A DNA stretch of 64,000 bases, from NCBI GenBank assembly GCA_965223665.1, contig OZ245011.1, forward strand, positions 1,472,001 to 1,536,000, read 5' to 3'. The position numbers and the translations under genes were made by a program. A model generated the notes under the pieces. The model was not told where the DNA came from. It worked only from the letters and a program-made list of their open reading frames with translations, and did no database searches. Origin of the DNA: Nitrospinaceae bacterium. GTDB taxonomy: Bacteria > Nitrospinota > Nitrospinia > Nitrospinales > Nitrospinaceae. Of the stretch, positions 50,276 through 59,827 are shown one piece after another. Positions within the stretch are counted from its first letter, which is position 1. Each line of letters begins with the position of its first letter.

Positions 50276-51976
50276 ATGACCATCCCTATTCTAATTCTTC
50301 TCTTTCCTCTCTTAGCCGGGATTTTTATTTGGTCCTTTGGCAACCGAATGTTGGCTCACGTGGCCAAAATCGGAGTCCTTGCCACCTCGATTGCCTGCCT
50401 TCTTTCCGTTTGGACCCTTTATTATGTCAGCACTGAGGGAACGGTCCAATTTGATTTTTGGACGTTAGGCTCAGAAGGTGCACCCATTTTTAAGATTGGT
50501 ATGATGGTCGATCGGCTCACCGCAGTGATGATGTTGTTGATCACAAGTGTGAGCGTCGTCATTCATACATATTCAGTCCGGTATCTGGAAGGCGATCCGG
50601 GTTACGCCCGATTTTTTGCTTTATTAAGCTTTATGACCTTTGTCATCCTTTCTGTTGTTTCCAGTCCAAATTTATTCATGCTGTTTATATTCTGGCAGCT
50701 ATTGAGTTTGACACTTTATCTTATACTTAACTTTAACTACACGCATCCAGACTCTTGTCGGAATGCGTTTAAAACTTTTTTTGTCCACCGTGTCGGAGAC
50801 GTCAGTTTTCTTTGCGGGTTGTTTCTTGCCTACAAATATTTCGGGACTTTTGAGTTCACAGAACTGTTTGACGCGGCCGCCAAAACCCCTCACATGATTT
50901 CCTTATTACCAGGAACCATTATTGAGGTCAGCGTTATTTCGTTGATTGGTTTCCTTATCTTTATTGGGGCAATGGCCAAGTCCGCGCAGTTCCCGTTACA
51001 CGTGTGGCTGCCGGACACCATGGATTCACCCACTCCCGTTTCGGCTCTAATGCATGCGGGAATTATCAACGCCGGCGGATTTTTACTGAATCGTCTGGCT
51101 CCCTTTTATGTTCAATCGTCGGGTTTGCTCCATATTGTATTTTTAATTGGTGTTGCCACGGTTCTGCTGGGAGCCGCCATGATGCTGGCGCAAAATGACA
51201 TTAAGAAAACCCTCGGGTTTTCTACGATGGGGCAAATGGGATACATGATTATGGAATGCGGGCTCGGAGCATTTGCACTGGCCATATTCCATTTAATTGC
51301 CCACGGCTTTTTCAAAGCCACTTTGTTTTTAGGGGCCGGAACCGGCATTCACGCCGCGCGGGAAGAACCCCACCGCCCTCATTCGGAGGAACATCCTGTC
51401 GAGGAGACACAGCAATCCCACAAGTTAACCTGGGTAACGGGTTTAGTGGTCACGCTAATGATGCCGCTGGTGATTCTAATGATCGCCCACGACATGCTGG
51501 ATATCCATTTGGAAGAATCTCATGGAGAAGTGATTTTCCTCTTTTTCAGTTGGGTAACCGCATCTCAGGTGATGTTCAGTTTATATCGTCTTCAGGCCGT
51601 GGATTCCTGGAAAGTGGCTCTCACCATGATTGGCGCCCTGTTTTTCATCGGATTCATTTATCTGTGGGTAGGTGAGAAATTCACGCATTTCCTTTACCCC
51701 GGACCGGGAGTCGCCGACAGTTTCTTTGTAGCGGCGGCGTTTAATCCCACGGTTTTTGATTTCATAATAATACTATCCACTATAGGTATTATATTTGGAT
51801 GGTTTGTCATCTATACAAATACGAAGGGACAAAAAGTGTTTATCACAGGTTGGATCATTTCCCTACGTAAACAATTATATATTCTATTAATCAATCGGTT
51901 TTATGTAGACCGAATTTATATTCGATGGAGCAAAAGCATTATGAGACTGGCACAAAAAGTCGCCATTCGTTTCTAA
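50276..51976 (+). CDS. dabB: DIC-accumulating complex membrane subunit (NuoL/MrpA-like)
   Basis: AKSAQFPLHVWLPDTMDSPTPVSALMHAG, STMGQMG, HLIAHGFFKA; adjacent to the DUF2309 gene. Confidence 0.88.
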   Translation: MTIPILILLFPLLAGIFIWSFGNRMLAHVAKIGVLATSIACLLSVWTLYYVSTEGTVQFDFWTLGSEGAPIFKIGMMVDRLTAVMMLLITSVSVVIHTYSVRYLEGDPGYARFFALLSFMTFVILSVVSSPNLFMLFIFWQLLSLTLYLILNFNYTHPDSCRNAFKTFFVHRVGDVSFLCGLFLAYKYFGTFEFTELFDAAAKTPHMISLLPGTIIEVSVISLIGFLIFIGAMAKSAQFPLHVWLPDTMDSPTPVSALMHAGIINAGGFLLNRLAPFYVQSSGLLHIVFLIGVATVLLGAAMMLAQNDIKKTLGFSTMGQMGYMIMECGLGAFALAIFHLIAHGFFKATLFLGAGTGIHAAREEPHRPHSEEHPVEETQQSHKLTWVTGLVVTLMMPLVILMIAHDMLDIHLEESHGEVIFLFFSWVTASQVMFSLYRLQAVDSWKVALTMIGALFFIGFIYLWVGEKFTHFLYPGPGVADSFFVAAAFNPTVFDFIIILSTIGIIFGWFVIYTNTKGQKVFITGWIISLRKQLYILLINRFYVDRIYIRWSKSIMRLAQKVAIRF

Positions 51977-51982
51977 AATGCT

Positions 51983-52231
51983 ATGGATAAATATATGAAT
52001 AATCAACAGACTGTTTCAAAAACTTTTCCTCCTTCTTTTCCAGTAGGATGGATGGTTAAAATCTCAAAACCTATACTGAAACCCATAGTTTTAATGACCG
52101 TTATTGGCTTAGGAATGTTCATGAGCCTCTTATATATTCTTTTAAACCATCGGTTTTTTGCAGACCGGATTTTTGTTCGATCAAGAAAAAGCATCATGCG
52201 GCTGGCGCAAAACGTAGCCATTCGTTTCTAA
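51983..52231 (+). CDS. chimeric mini-gene from tandem duplication of the dabB/NuoM-like junction
   Basis: N-half resembles the start of the 52248 ORF, C-half resembles the end of dabB; frame intact. Confidence 0.6.
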   Translation: MDKYMNNQQTVSKTFPPSFPVGWMVKISKPILKPIVLMTVIGLGMFMSLLYILLNHRFFADRIFVRSRKSIMRLAQNVAIRF

Positions 52232-52247
52232 AATGTTATAGGTAGGT

Positions 52248-53480
52248 GTGATGGATAATCAACAGACGCTTTCAATAATTATTCCTCTCTTCCCAATTGC
52301 TTTGGGTATCGTAGGATGGATTGGAAAATTCTCGTTTTCCATGCTCCGACCTTTAGGATTAATGACGATTGTTGGTTTAGGAATGTTTCTGGGTTTTACG
52401 GTTGACCTGGACCCCACCACTCTCATTCTATCTTTTGCTGTTCTGCTCTCCGGGTTCTGCGTCATGCTTTGTCATGAGGATTCGCCAACGTCCCTGGAGA
52501 ATTGCCTTTTCGGTCTGATCCTGTTGGGACTGACACTGGGCACGTTGCTGGGTGAGGGACTGGTGAGCCGGCTCTTTCTATGTGGTCTTTTGGGTTTCAC
52601 CACATTTTCTTTAATTCGTGAAAAAAGTCGTTCATTTCGAACTACTTTGATTCTTATACATTTTATTATTGCAATCCTTCTCTCTTTAAGTTCCCCCTTA
52701 GGTGGAGAAACATTGCAAAGGCTGGCCAGTTTATTTCTGGCCATCACCTTTTTACCCCTGTTTCCTTTTCATCTTCCATTTGTCGGGACGATTGAAGCCG
52801 CCAGAGGAAATCTCGCAAGTTTTTGGATTGTCATTTGGCTGGCCATCGGGTTGGCAGAACTGAACCATATTTTTTCTACACTTTCAACGGAAACAGTTTT
52901 AGTTATCGGTTTATTATCTCTGGTCAGTGCGTTTTATTCGTCTTTGGCCGCTTTGGGACAAAAGCAAATCAATTTGTTCGTGGCCGCTGCCACGATGGCC
53001 CATGTATCCCTTCTTTGGGGATTACTGAATGTGTTTCCGAATTTTTCCAAGTGGGGAATCACATTTGGCGTAGCGGTCGCATTTATGTTAGGGGGCATCT
53101 GCCTTGCATTTTCTTTTGTTCGAAACCGGTATGGATGGCAAACTATTGGAAAACTTCCGGGACTGGGCTCTCCCATGCCCCGATTTGGCAGAATGATGAT
53201 TCTTCTGGTAAGTGTTTCACTGTTTCTCCCAATGTTTCCCACGTTTTCAGGTTTCACGATGATGCCGACGACCGCAACATCAGATGTTAAGTTCCTTCAG
53301 GTTTTTGTAATGTTTATCGCGGTCTGGTTGGGAGGAGGCTGGTACTTCCTGCAAATGCTTCATCAAACGGCTTTTGGAGAAGCACGCCGGGACGTTCCCT
53401 ATACTGATTTGCGGGCATCCGAAATGACCGCAGTGACAGTTTTAATATTAGGTGCTTGTTATAGCGGGCTGCTCTACTAA
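52248..53480 (+). CDS. degenerate NuoM/MrpD-like membrane subunit
   Basis: Highly hydrophobic; PLFPFHLP, GLGSPMPRF, PTFSGF, DLRASE. Confidence 0.78.
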   Translation: MMDNQQTLSIIIPLFPIALGIVGWIGKFSFSMLRPLGLMTIVGLGMFLGFTVDLDPTTLILSFAVLLSGFCVMLCHEDSPTSLENCLFGLILLGLTLGTLLGEGLVSRLFLCGLLGFTTFSLIREKSRSFRTTLILIHFIIAILLSLSSPLGGETLQRLASLFLAITFLPLFPFHLPFVGTIEAARGNLASFWIVIWLAIGLAELNHIFSTLSTETVLVIGLLSLVSAFYSSLAALGQKQINLFVAAATMAHVSLLWGLLNVFPNFSKWGITFGVAVAFMLGGICLAFSFVRNRYGWQTIGKLPGLGSPMPRFGRMMILLVSVSLFLPMFPTFSGFTMMPTTATSDVKFLQVFVMFIAVWLGGGWYFLQMLHQTAFGEARRDVPYTDLRASEMTAVTVLILGACYSGLLY

Positions 53481-53524
53481 AGCCTCTTTGTTAAATTTTT
53501 TCAGGAGTTCGGCAGGATAAAATC

Positions 53525-56500
53525 ATGGCTACCCTTGAGGAAAAAGAAACGAATACGAAAATGGAAACGAAGCGGATTGAACTCCGTTCCTTCGTGAACC
53601 TGGCTGGAGAGCCGGTTTCCCATTTCTGGCCCATGTCAACATTTATCCATCATAATCCGCTGCATGGCCTGGAACATTTCCATTTTGAAAAAGCCGTTAA
53701 AGAAGCAGAACGGTTTTTGGGGGGAAAAGGCTATTTACCCAACGAATACTACCGGGATTATTTTAAGCAGGGGCGAATCACCGAGGAAGCACTGAATAAA
53801 GTTTTAAAAGACGTGTCTAAAGACACCGTTCTCGAAATCGGTGATAAAAAAATCTCTCACCAGGAATTTCTGAAAGAGCTATTAATCAATGGCTCCGGGA
53901 AAGTCGCCGCAGATGTGGCTCCGGCAGTTTTGCAATCCACTTACAATCAACCGGAAGTAAACGATCTGGTTAAAAAAATTCAGGGATTGTCAGAAGCCAA
54001 AGAAACTAAAATATCTCTGCAGGACTATTCCAATCGCGAGCAAAATGAACTGGCAACCCAGTATACCCTTGGGGAATGGTGCGACCAGTCGCTTGGCACC
54101 GATGTACAGCATCAAATCAACAGCGAAATAGTAAAGTGGGTGAGCGGTTTTCTGGACGAAGGACATGCCCCCTGGAGCATGCCGCATCGAGACAAAACTT
54201 TTTACGGCGGTTGGAAGACCCTGGCTCTGGAAGATGCCTCGGGTCCCTTAATGGGAATTGCCAAGTGGAAAGAAAAAATTAAAAACTTACCCGATCGACC
54301 GGAAGACGCGATTTTGGAATGCATGGATCACTTGTCCATTCCCAAAGAATTGTGGATCGACTATTTCAGTTTACATATGGCTGAATTGGCCGGATGGACG
54401 GGATTCCTCAAATGGCGTTCGGAGCAAGTGGATTACGAATGGCAAAACGCGTTTCCTATTGATCTTATCAAGTACATGGCCGTCCGGATGTTTTACGAAC
54501 GAGAACTGGTGGAACTGGCCTGTCGCGCCAAGCTGAATATTCCCGGAAGTTATACTTCGATTCGAGCTTACCTCAAAAATTTCTCTGTGGGATACGGTCT
54601 CTATAAGGATAACCTGACTAAAGTGTTGCCGGAAGAAATCGGCAGCAGTATGGAGATGTCGCTCTTCCTGCAGCAACCTTTACGCATAGAAGAATTGAAT
54701 CGATGCGATCCCAAGTTGATTTCAAAATGGGAAGAAATTCGGAATCAGCAAAACACAGACGTTCAGGCTTTGATCACTTTACATCTTGCTAAATCGTTAA
54801 ACGTTTCTTTACAGGATATTTTGAACAGCGATTCCGAGACATTAAACACTTTGCTGGAGTGGGTCGAAGAGTTTCCTGAATCCAAACATGGAGTCATCTG
54901 GCTCAAGGCTTTGGAATCCAGCTTCATCACAGGTTTTGTCAAAAAATTCTCCGGTAATATTGAAAAATTAAAAAAGATAGACTCGGCTGAAGATAAAACG
55001 ACGGAATCGCGTCCGCTTTCTCAATCTATTTTTTGTATCGATGTCCGATCGGAAGGTTTCAGAAGACACCTGGAAGAAGTCGGCGGGAATGAAACGTTTG
55101 GATTCGCCGGATTTTTTGGAGTGCCTATCTGCTATCAGGGATTTTCCGAGGAGCATCAAACGGACCAGTGCCCTGTCCTGTTGAAACCCGTACACGTGGT
55201 TAAAGAAATTCCCCGTGCCTACCAGGCGAAGGCCGCACAGGATTTTCTGGAAGGACAACAACTCGCCAAGGCGGGACACACGTTGCTGCACGATTTGAAA
55301 GAAAACGTGATCACTCCTTATGTAATGGTAGAAGCCATTGGCTGGTTCTTTGGACTCAGACTTTTTGGGCAAACGTTACGACCGAAGTGGTTCAAAAAAC
55401 TGACCTCGTGGATCAAGGATCTTTATACGGTTTCTATTGGGACCACGCTGACGGTAGACAAAATCCAACGGGACGAAGCTCACGAAATGGTTTCCACTAA
55501 ACACCGGGCAGCCATTTACCGGCTTTTAATTGAACAATACGGTTCGCTGGGTGCTACCGTTTCTCACGAACAGGTGGAACGTTTGCGCAAACTGGCGATG
55601 AATGAAATTGCAATCGACAGCCCCGAAAATCAGGAGTTGAATCAATTGTTACAGTGGACTCAACCCAACCTGGAACGATTTGTTGAACAACTGAGAAAAG
55701 AGTTCGACGTCAACGAACGAGATGTGGACCGTCAAATGCGACGGATCACTCAGGCCGGGTTTACCGTCGAGGAGCAGGCCATTTACGTGGAAACGGCTTT
55801 ACGGGTTTTGGGATTCAAAACTTTTGCCCGGCTCATATTGCTTTGCGGGCATGGCAGCACTTCCGATAACAACCCCTACGAATCCGCACTGGATTGCGGC
55901 GCGTGCGGTGGGAACCACGGAATGTCGAACGCGCGAGCCCTGGCCGTTATGGCCAACAAACCTGAGGTGCGAAAGCTGTTGGCGGAAAAAGGTCTGGAGA
56001 TTCCTGCGGATACCCATTTTCTCCCGGGACAGCATGACACCACAACCGACGAGGTGGAGCTTTTTGATTTGGAAGACATGCCCGCCACGCATCGGAAAGA
56101 TTTAATTCGGCTTCAACAGCATCTCCAGGAAGCCGGAGAGAGAAACAGCCGGGAGCGTTTAGCCCGAATGCCTGACGAGTCCGATACCAATGGAGATTTT
56201 TACGCTTTAAAACGGACCATTACTCGAAGCATCGATTGGTCCCAGGTTCGACCGGAATGGGGACTTTCCAAACATACGGCTTTTATCGCAGGCCGTCGAT
56301 TGTTGACGAAGGGACTCAATTTAGAAAGCCGGACCTTTTTACATTCTTATGATTACTCCAAAGATCCGGAAGGCAAATATCTGGAAATTATCATGACCGC
56401 TCCCATGGTGGTGGGACAATGGATTAATATGGAACATTATTTTTCCACGGTGGACCAAAGCGTTTATGGAGCGGGAAGCAAAGCGTATCATAATGTGGTG

Positions 56501-56773
56501 GGTCGAGTCGGCGTCATGTTTGGCACCCAAAGCGACCTTTGTGTCGGACTCCCGGTTCAAACCGTTTTTGATGGTGAAAAACCTTACCACGAACCCATGC
56601 GATTGTTTGTTATAATAGAAGCGCCGTTGAAAATGATTGCCACGATCATTTCGCGACATACTATCTTGCAACGATTGACTGGAAACCAATGGCTCCATAT
56701 TGTCGCCCTGGATCCTGAAAGCAGTCAATTTCACCTCTTTCAGGCGCCGAACAATTGGCAACCGATTCAATAA
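53525..56773 (+). CDS. dabA: DIC-accumulating complex carbonic-anhydrase-like subunit (DUF2309)
   Basis: WPMSTFIHHNPL, FCIDVRSE, GHGS..NNPY..ALDCGACGG, RPEWGL, HEPMRL. Confidence 0.93.
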   Translation: MATLEEKETNTKMETKRIELRSFVNLAGEPVSHFWPMSTFIHHNPLHGLEHFHFEKAVKEAERFLGGKGYLPNEYYRDYFKQGRITEEALNKVLKDVSKDTVLEIGDKKISHQEFLKELLINGSGKVAADVAPAVLQSTYNQPEVNDLVKKIQGLSEAKETKISLQDYSNREQNELATQYTLGEWCDQSLGTDVQHQINSEIVKWVSGFLDEGHAPWSMPHRDKTFYGGWKTLALEDASGPLMGIAKWKEKIKNLPDRPEDAILECMDHLSIPKELWIDYFSLHMAELAGWTGFLKWRSEQVDYEWQNAFPIDLIKYMAVRMFYERELVELACRAKLNIPGSYTSIRAYLKNFSVGYGLYKDNLTKVLPEEIGSSMEMSLFLQQPLRIEELNRCDPKLISKWEEIRNQQNTDVQALITLHLAKSLNVSLQDILNSDSETLNTLLEWVEEFPESKHGVIWLKALESSFITGFVKKFSGNIEKLKKIDSAEDKTTESRPLSQSIFCIDVRSEGFRRHLEEVGGNETFGFAGFFGVPICYQGFSEEHQTDQCPVLLKPVHVVKEIPRAYQAKAAQDFLEGQQLAKAGHTLLHDLKENVITPYVMVEAIGWFFGLRLFGQTLRPKWFKKLTSWIKDLYTVSIGTTLTVDKIQRDEAHEMVSTKHRAAIYRLLIEQYGSLGATVSHEQVERLRKLAMNEIAIDSPENQELNQLLQWTQPNLERFVEQLRKEFDVNERDVDRQMRRITQAGFTVEEQAIYVETALRVLGFKTFARLILLCGHGSTSDNNPYESALDCGACGGNHGMSNARALAVMANKPEVRKLLAEKGLEIPADTHFLPGQHDTTTDEVELFDLEDMPATHRKDLIRLQQHLQEAGERNSRERLARMPDESDTNGDFYALKRTITRSIDWSQVRPEWGLSKHTAFIAGRRLLTKGLNLESRTFLHSYDYSKDPEGKYLEIIMTAPMVVGQWINMEHYFSTVDQSVYGAGSKAYHNVVGRVGVMFGTQSDLCVGLPVQTVFDGEKPYHEPMRLFVIIEAPLKMIATIISRHTILQRLTGNQWLHIVALDPESSQFHLFQAPNNWQPIQ

Positions 56774-56803
56774 AATAATCTTGTTGAGGAGTATAGAGAA
56801 ATC

Positions 56804-57130
56804 ATGAATGGCATAACACTTCACCCAATGAAAGAAATTAAAATCATCATTGAAGGCGAACATCTTCATTTCGTGACGGATGTCCTGGACCGGATTAAAG
56901 CAAGCGGTTATACGATTTTTAACAACATCTCAGGAAAAGGCCATAGCGGATTTCACGAAGGACATTTGATGTTCAACGACACGAGTAGTCTGCAAATGAT
57001 TTTAACCGTGGTACCCGAAGAAAAACTCGAACCGATTTTATCCGGCATCAAACCCTTTCTGGAACGTCACTCCGGAAGTCTGTTTGTTTTAGATGCCAGC
57101 GTGCTTCGACCCGCTCATTTCGATTCCTAA
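56804..57130 (+). CDS. P-II-like (SbtB-type) signalling protein
   Basis: KEIKIII, SGYTI...SGKG.SG; last gene of the DAB operon. Confidence 0.85.
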   Translation: MNGITLHPMKEIKIIIEGEHLHFVTDVLDRIKASGYTIFNNISGKGHSGFHEGHLMFNDTSSLQMILTVVPEEKLEPILSGIKPFLERHSGSLFVLDASVLRPAHFDS

Positions 57131-57320
57131 CCGGTGCGCCGCGCTTTGAAGCGCACCCTTCAAACTTCCCTCTTCCAGTCCCGGACTGGACTGCGTGCCT
57201 CTGTCCCGAGAATTAATTTACCATTATCTGTTATGGTGCAAAACTCCTGGAAGCTTTTCTATAGTCATATTGGCTATAGAATAAGACCTTCTTTAGAAAA
57301 TAATATCTAAAAGGGAAGCC

Positions 57321-57360
57321 GATGTGCTCCCCCTTTCATGAATGGGGAGCACATGGGTCT
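57321..57360. repeat. family D terminal hairpin
   Basis: ATGTGCTCCCC...GGGGAGCACATGGGTCT, matching the ends at 19268 and 49851. Confidence 0.6.
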
Positions 57361-57569
57361 TCACTTTTGAGTTAACTTAGATTGCGCAGTAATCCTTTTA
57401 TGCAAGATTCTGTTTCAGAAAGCCGCTTTTAACTTACCACTATACTTTGGATCAATTGCCCTATTGATCCCAATGAGTTTAAAGACGTATAATATTCTAC
57501 CTGCCAGAATCACAAATCATTAAAGCTGATCTGGATGAATTATAGCGGAACCCACTCCTGTTCCAAACG

Positions 57570-59366
57570 TTGAATAGGTTGCCCATGACTCAAGACCAAA
57601 TTCTAATTTTCTCTACCCTTGCGGCGATTCTGGTTCTTTTTGTCTGGGGAAGAATCCGTTATGACATTGTCGCATTTATGGGGCTCATCCTGGCGGTTTT
57701 GCTGGATTTGGTTCCTTCTCAAAACGCATTTTCCGGATTTGCTCATCCCGCCACCATAACGGTTGCCGTGGTGCTGATCGTCAGTCGCGGGCTTTTAACC
57801 TCGGGCGCGGTAGACCTCATTTTAAGCAAGATCGTCATTCCAACAAAACTTGTCTCGGCGCAGGTGGCATCGCTCTCCGGTATTGCCGCCGTACTTTCTA
57901 TGATCATGAACAACATCGCCGCTTTGGCTCTATTAATGCCGGCGGGAATTGAATCCTCCGAAAAAGCCAAGCGATCCCCCTCGCTTATTTTAATGCCCAT
58001 GGCCTTTGCCTCCATCCTGGGCGGTCTCGTCACTCTGATCGGTACGCCGCCTAATATCATTGTGGCTAACTTCAGAACTGAGGTGAAAGGGACTCCTTTT
58101 GGAATGTTCGACTTCAGTCCGGTGGGGGGTTTGATCGCCGTCGTCGGGGTGGCCTTTGTTGCTTTTGCCGGATGGAGGATGATTCCCAAAACCAGAAGAA
58201 AAAAAATGGTCAAGGAAGAACTGATTAAAATTGAAGATTACATTTCAGAAGTTCGCTTTGCAGAAGATTCCAGGTTAATCGGTCTCCCCTTCAATGAAGT
58301 GGACCTGCAGGCCGAAAAATTTGATGTCGAAATTGTCGGAATGATCCGTGGCAAGCGGCGCATCATGGCTTCCCTTCGTCATCAGGAAACACAAGTGGGA
58401 GATATTCTGATTGTCAAAGCGGCGGCCAAAGATCTTGATAAATTTCTTAAAGACAGCAAACTGGTTTTTGTTGAAGGCGTCAAGAAAAATACTTCCTTAT
58501 TAAACTCGGAATTCACCACCTTTATGGAAGTGGTGGTGACGCCGCGTTCGAGAATGGAAGGCCAGACGTTTGCCTCCCTTCGGCTAAAGCACCGTTACGG
58601 CGTTCACCTTCTCGGAGTGTCCCGGCAAGGCAAACCCATTCAGAAGCGTCTTTTGAAATTTCAGTTTCAGGGAGGAGATGTGCTTCTCCTGCAGGGGGTT
58701 TCCGAAAGTCTTTTTGAATTGGCCTCCACCTATGGCTGCCTGCCTCTGGCGAAACGCGGCCTGAATTTTGGAACCGCTAAAAAGGCGGGACTGGCGATTG
58801 GTATTTTTGCGGTGGCTATACTTTTTGCCACCCTGGGGTGGGCTTCAATACCGATTGCCCTTGCGGTCGCGGCGATACTGATGGTTTTCTTAAATATAGT
58901 TCCTATTCGAAATATTTATGATGGGGTGGACTGGCCCGTGATCATTTTGCTGGGATCCATGATTCCTTTAGGAGAAGCTCTGAAAACCACCGGCGGAACA
59001 CAAATCATTGCGGAGTCTATTGCAGGGTTGGCAGGAAACCTGGAACCTGTTTTGATACTGACGATTGTTATGATCGTTACCATGACCCTCTCGGATGTGA
59101 TGAACAATGCGGCAACCGCTGTTGTGATGGCTCCCGTGTCGGTGAGTATTGCCAGTCAGTTGGGATTGAATGTCGATGCTTTTCTCATGGCGGTGGCGGT
59201 TGGGGCATCCTGTGCGTTTTTGACACCGATCGGCCATCAGAACAACGCCTTAATCTGGGGACCCGGCGGTTATAAGTTCAGCGATTACTGGAGAATGGGT
59301 TTACCACTGGAAATCTTAATCGTGGTCATAGCCGTTCCCGCAATCCTCTTCTTCTGGCCTCTCTGA
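57570..59366 (+). CDS. SLC13/CitMHS-type permease with TrkA-C domains
   Basis: MNN motifs twice, TLIGTPPN, FLTPIGHQNN, GGYKFSDY. Confidence 0.9.
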   Translation: MNRLPMTQDQILIFSTLAAILVLFVWGRIRYDIVAFMGLILAVLLDLVPSQNAFSGFAHPATITVAVVLIVSRGLLTSGAVDLILSKIVIPTKLVSAQVASLSGIAAVLSMIMNNIAALALLMPAGIESSEKAKRSPSLILMPMAFASILGGLVTLIGTPPNIIVANFRTEVKGTPFGMFDFSPVGGLIAVVGVAFVAFAGWRMIPKTRRKKMVKEELIKIEDYISEVRFAEDSRLIGLPFNEVDLQAEKFDVEIVGMIRGKRRIMASLRHQETQVGDILIVKAAAKDLDKFLKDSKLVFVEGVKKNTSLLNSEFTTFMEVVVTPRSRMEGQTFASLRLKHRYGVHLLGVSRQGKPIQKRLLKFQFQGGDVLLLQGVSESLFELASTYGCLPLAKRGLNFGTAKKAGLAIGIFAVAILFATLGWASIPIALAVAAILMVFLNIVPIRNIYDGVDWPVIILLGSMIPLGEALKTTGGTQIIAESIAGLAGNLEPVLILTIVMIVTMTLSDVMNNAATAVVMAPVSVSIASQLGLNVDAFLMAVAVGASCAFLTPIGHQNNALIWGPGGYKFSDYWRMGLPLEILIVVIAVPAILFFWPL

Positions 59367-59409
59367 CTGGCTGGCCTCTGTATCATAGCCGCATGAAGAG
59401 ACGAACCTT

Positions 59410-59799
59410 ATGAAATCATTTAAAGAGAATCTTACAAAGAGCGAGGCGAAAATTATCGACAGCATGAGAAAGATAATTACCACCACCGACGCCACTGTGG
59501 AAGAATCTATCGGCCAAATCATGTCTCAGGAAGACTGCTACATCTATAAACAGGAAGACGTTTTCAAATATGGTTTAGCTAAAACAAAAAACCACTTCTC
59601 ATTCCATTCGATGGTGATGTACGCCCATAATGAAATTCGCGAGAACCTCAGCAATAGCGACGCCAATTTAAAACTGCAAAAAGGCTGTGTGAATTTCACC
59701 CGTGCTGAAGACTTTCCTCTGAAACTTTTTGAAAATTTAATGAAACGTTCCGCCTCAATGGATTTTTCTTCTGTCATCGAACATTACAAGAATAAATAA
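59410..59799 (+). CDS. DUF1801-like protein
   Basis: KNHFSFH and KGCVNF motifs. Confidence 0.65.
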   Translation: MKSFKENLTKSEAKIIDSMRKIITTTDATVEESIGQIMSQEDCYIYKQEDVFKYGLAKTKNHFSFHSMVMYAHNEIRENLSNSDANLKLQKGCVNFTRAEDFPLKLFENLMKRSASMDFSSVIEHYKNK

Positions 59800-59827
59800 G
59801 GATCGTAAAATAGTGTAGAATAACCAA

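Noticed and set aside
50276-53480. Respiratory complex I nuoL/nuoM or an Mrp antiporter
   Set aside because: No other nuo or mrp genes; adjacency to DUF2309 indicates a DAB-type complex
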